The notes under the pieces: model-generated | Database searches by the model: none | Told to the model about the DNA's origin: nothing | What the model saw: only the letters and a program-made list of their open reading frames with translations | Translations under genes and position numbers: made by a program | Origin: Octopus sinensis | Lineage: Eukaryota | Assembly (NCBI RefSeq): GCF_006345805.1 | Contig: NC_042998.1 | Location: 60,698,001 to 60,762,000, forward strand | Direction: 5' to 3' | DNA: 64,000 bases | Shown: one piece after another, positions 63,716-64,000 of the stretch | How the letters are laid out: each line of letters opens with the position of its first letter | How positions within the stretch are numbered: the first letter of the stretch is position 1

Positions 63716-64000
63716 CCTATCAGTATTTGCGAAGAGAAGTCATCATTGCCATCTCCAGCCTGACGTGATACATATGGACCCGAGTTTCTGGGTATTGTTT
63801 GTTTCAACTTTTTTGAGATCAGTGACTTTTCGTCACTGGAAAAAGTATATATATATATATTTGCATTGAGACTCACTTCCTATTGCCAACCGGTGGTTGT
63901 CACATGCTGATGATGGGTCAATATCCAGAAACTCTGGTCCGTGTGTATCACATCAAGCTGGAGATGGGAACGATGACTTCCCTTTGCAAATATTCATAGG
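63716..64000. repeat. Inverted repeat (63716-63797 vs 63919-64000, probably continuing past the window) overlapping the hammerhead
   Basis: cctatcagtatttgc..ggacccgagtttctgggtattg vs caatatccagaaactctggtcc..gcaaatattcatagg. Confidence 0.8.
63901..63945 (+). ncRNA. Type I hammerhead ribozyme motif (minimal, Penelope/retrozyme-like)
   Basis: Stem I CACATG/CGTGTG, core CTGATGA, stem II TGGG-tcaata-TCCA, GAAA, short stem III AC-tctg-GT, GTC cleavage triplet (predicted cut after 63939). Confidence 0.7.

Overview
AT-rich, microsatellite- and SINE-laden animal DNA. The repeat landscape looks like an incirrate octopus genome; this is inferred from repeat style, not from a database hit. Most of the window (105-57749, minus strand) is the 5' portion of an axonemal outer-arm dynein intermediate chain 1 gene (DNAI1/IC78-like). 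I reconstructed 15 GT-AG exons with consistent phases (1456 nt, 485 codons plus 1 nt); the gene runs off the left edge, and exons 1-2 are the least certain. An RFX X-box sits 74 bp upstream of the predicted ATG. Further upstream are a 1.9-kb foldback-type inverted repeat with GC-rich, internally repetitive arms (58093-59995), then a CpG-rich promoter and a candidate first coding exon of a divergent plus-strand gene (60431 onward). The introns hold decayed hAT, Tc1/mariner, R4/Dong and CR1 elements, piggyBac-type and Helitron-like non-autonomous elements, several SINE families and several long near-perfect palindromes; a Merlin/hAT-type MITE lies upstream of the gene. Two type I hammerhead ribozyme motifs are present: 63901-63945 has an intact core and 35755-35800 is degenerate. 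Almost all ORFs in the supplied track are microsatellite or TE artefacts. There are no CRISPR arrays, rRNA genes or credible tRNA genes.
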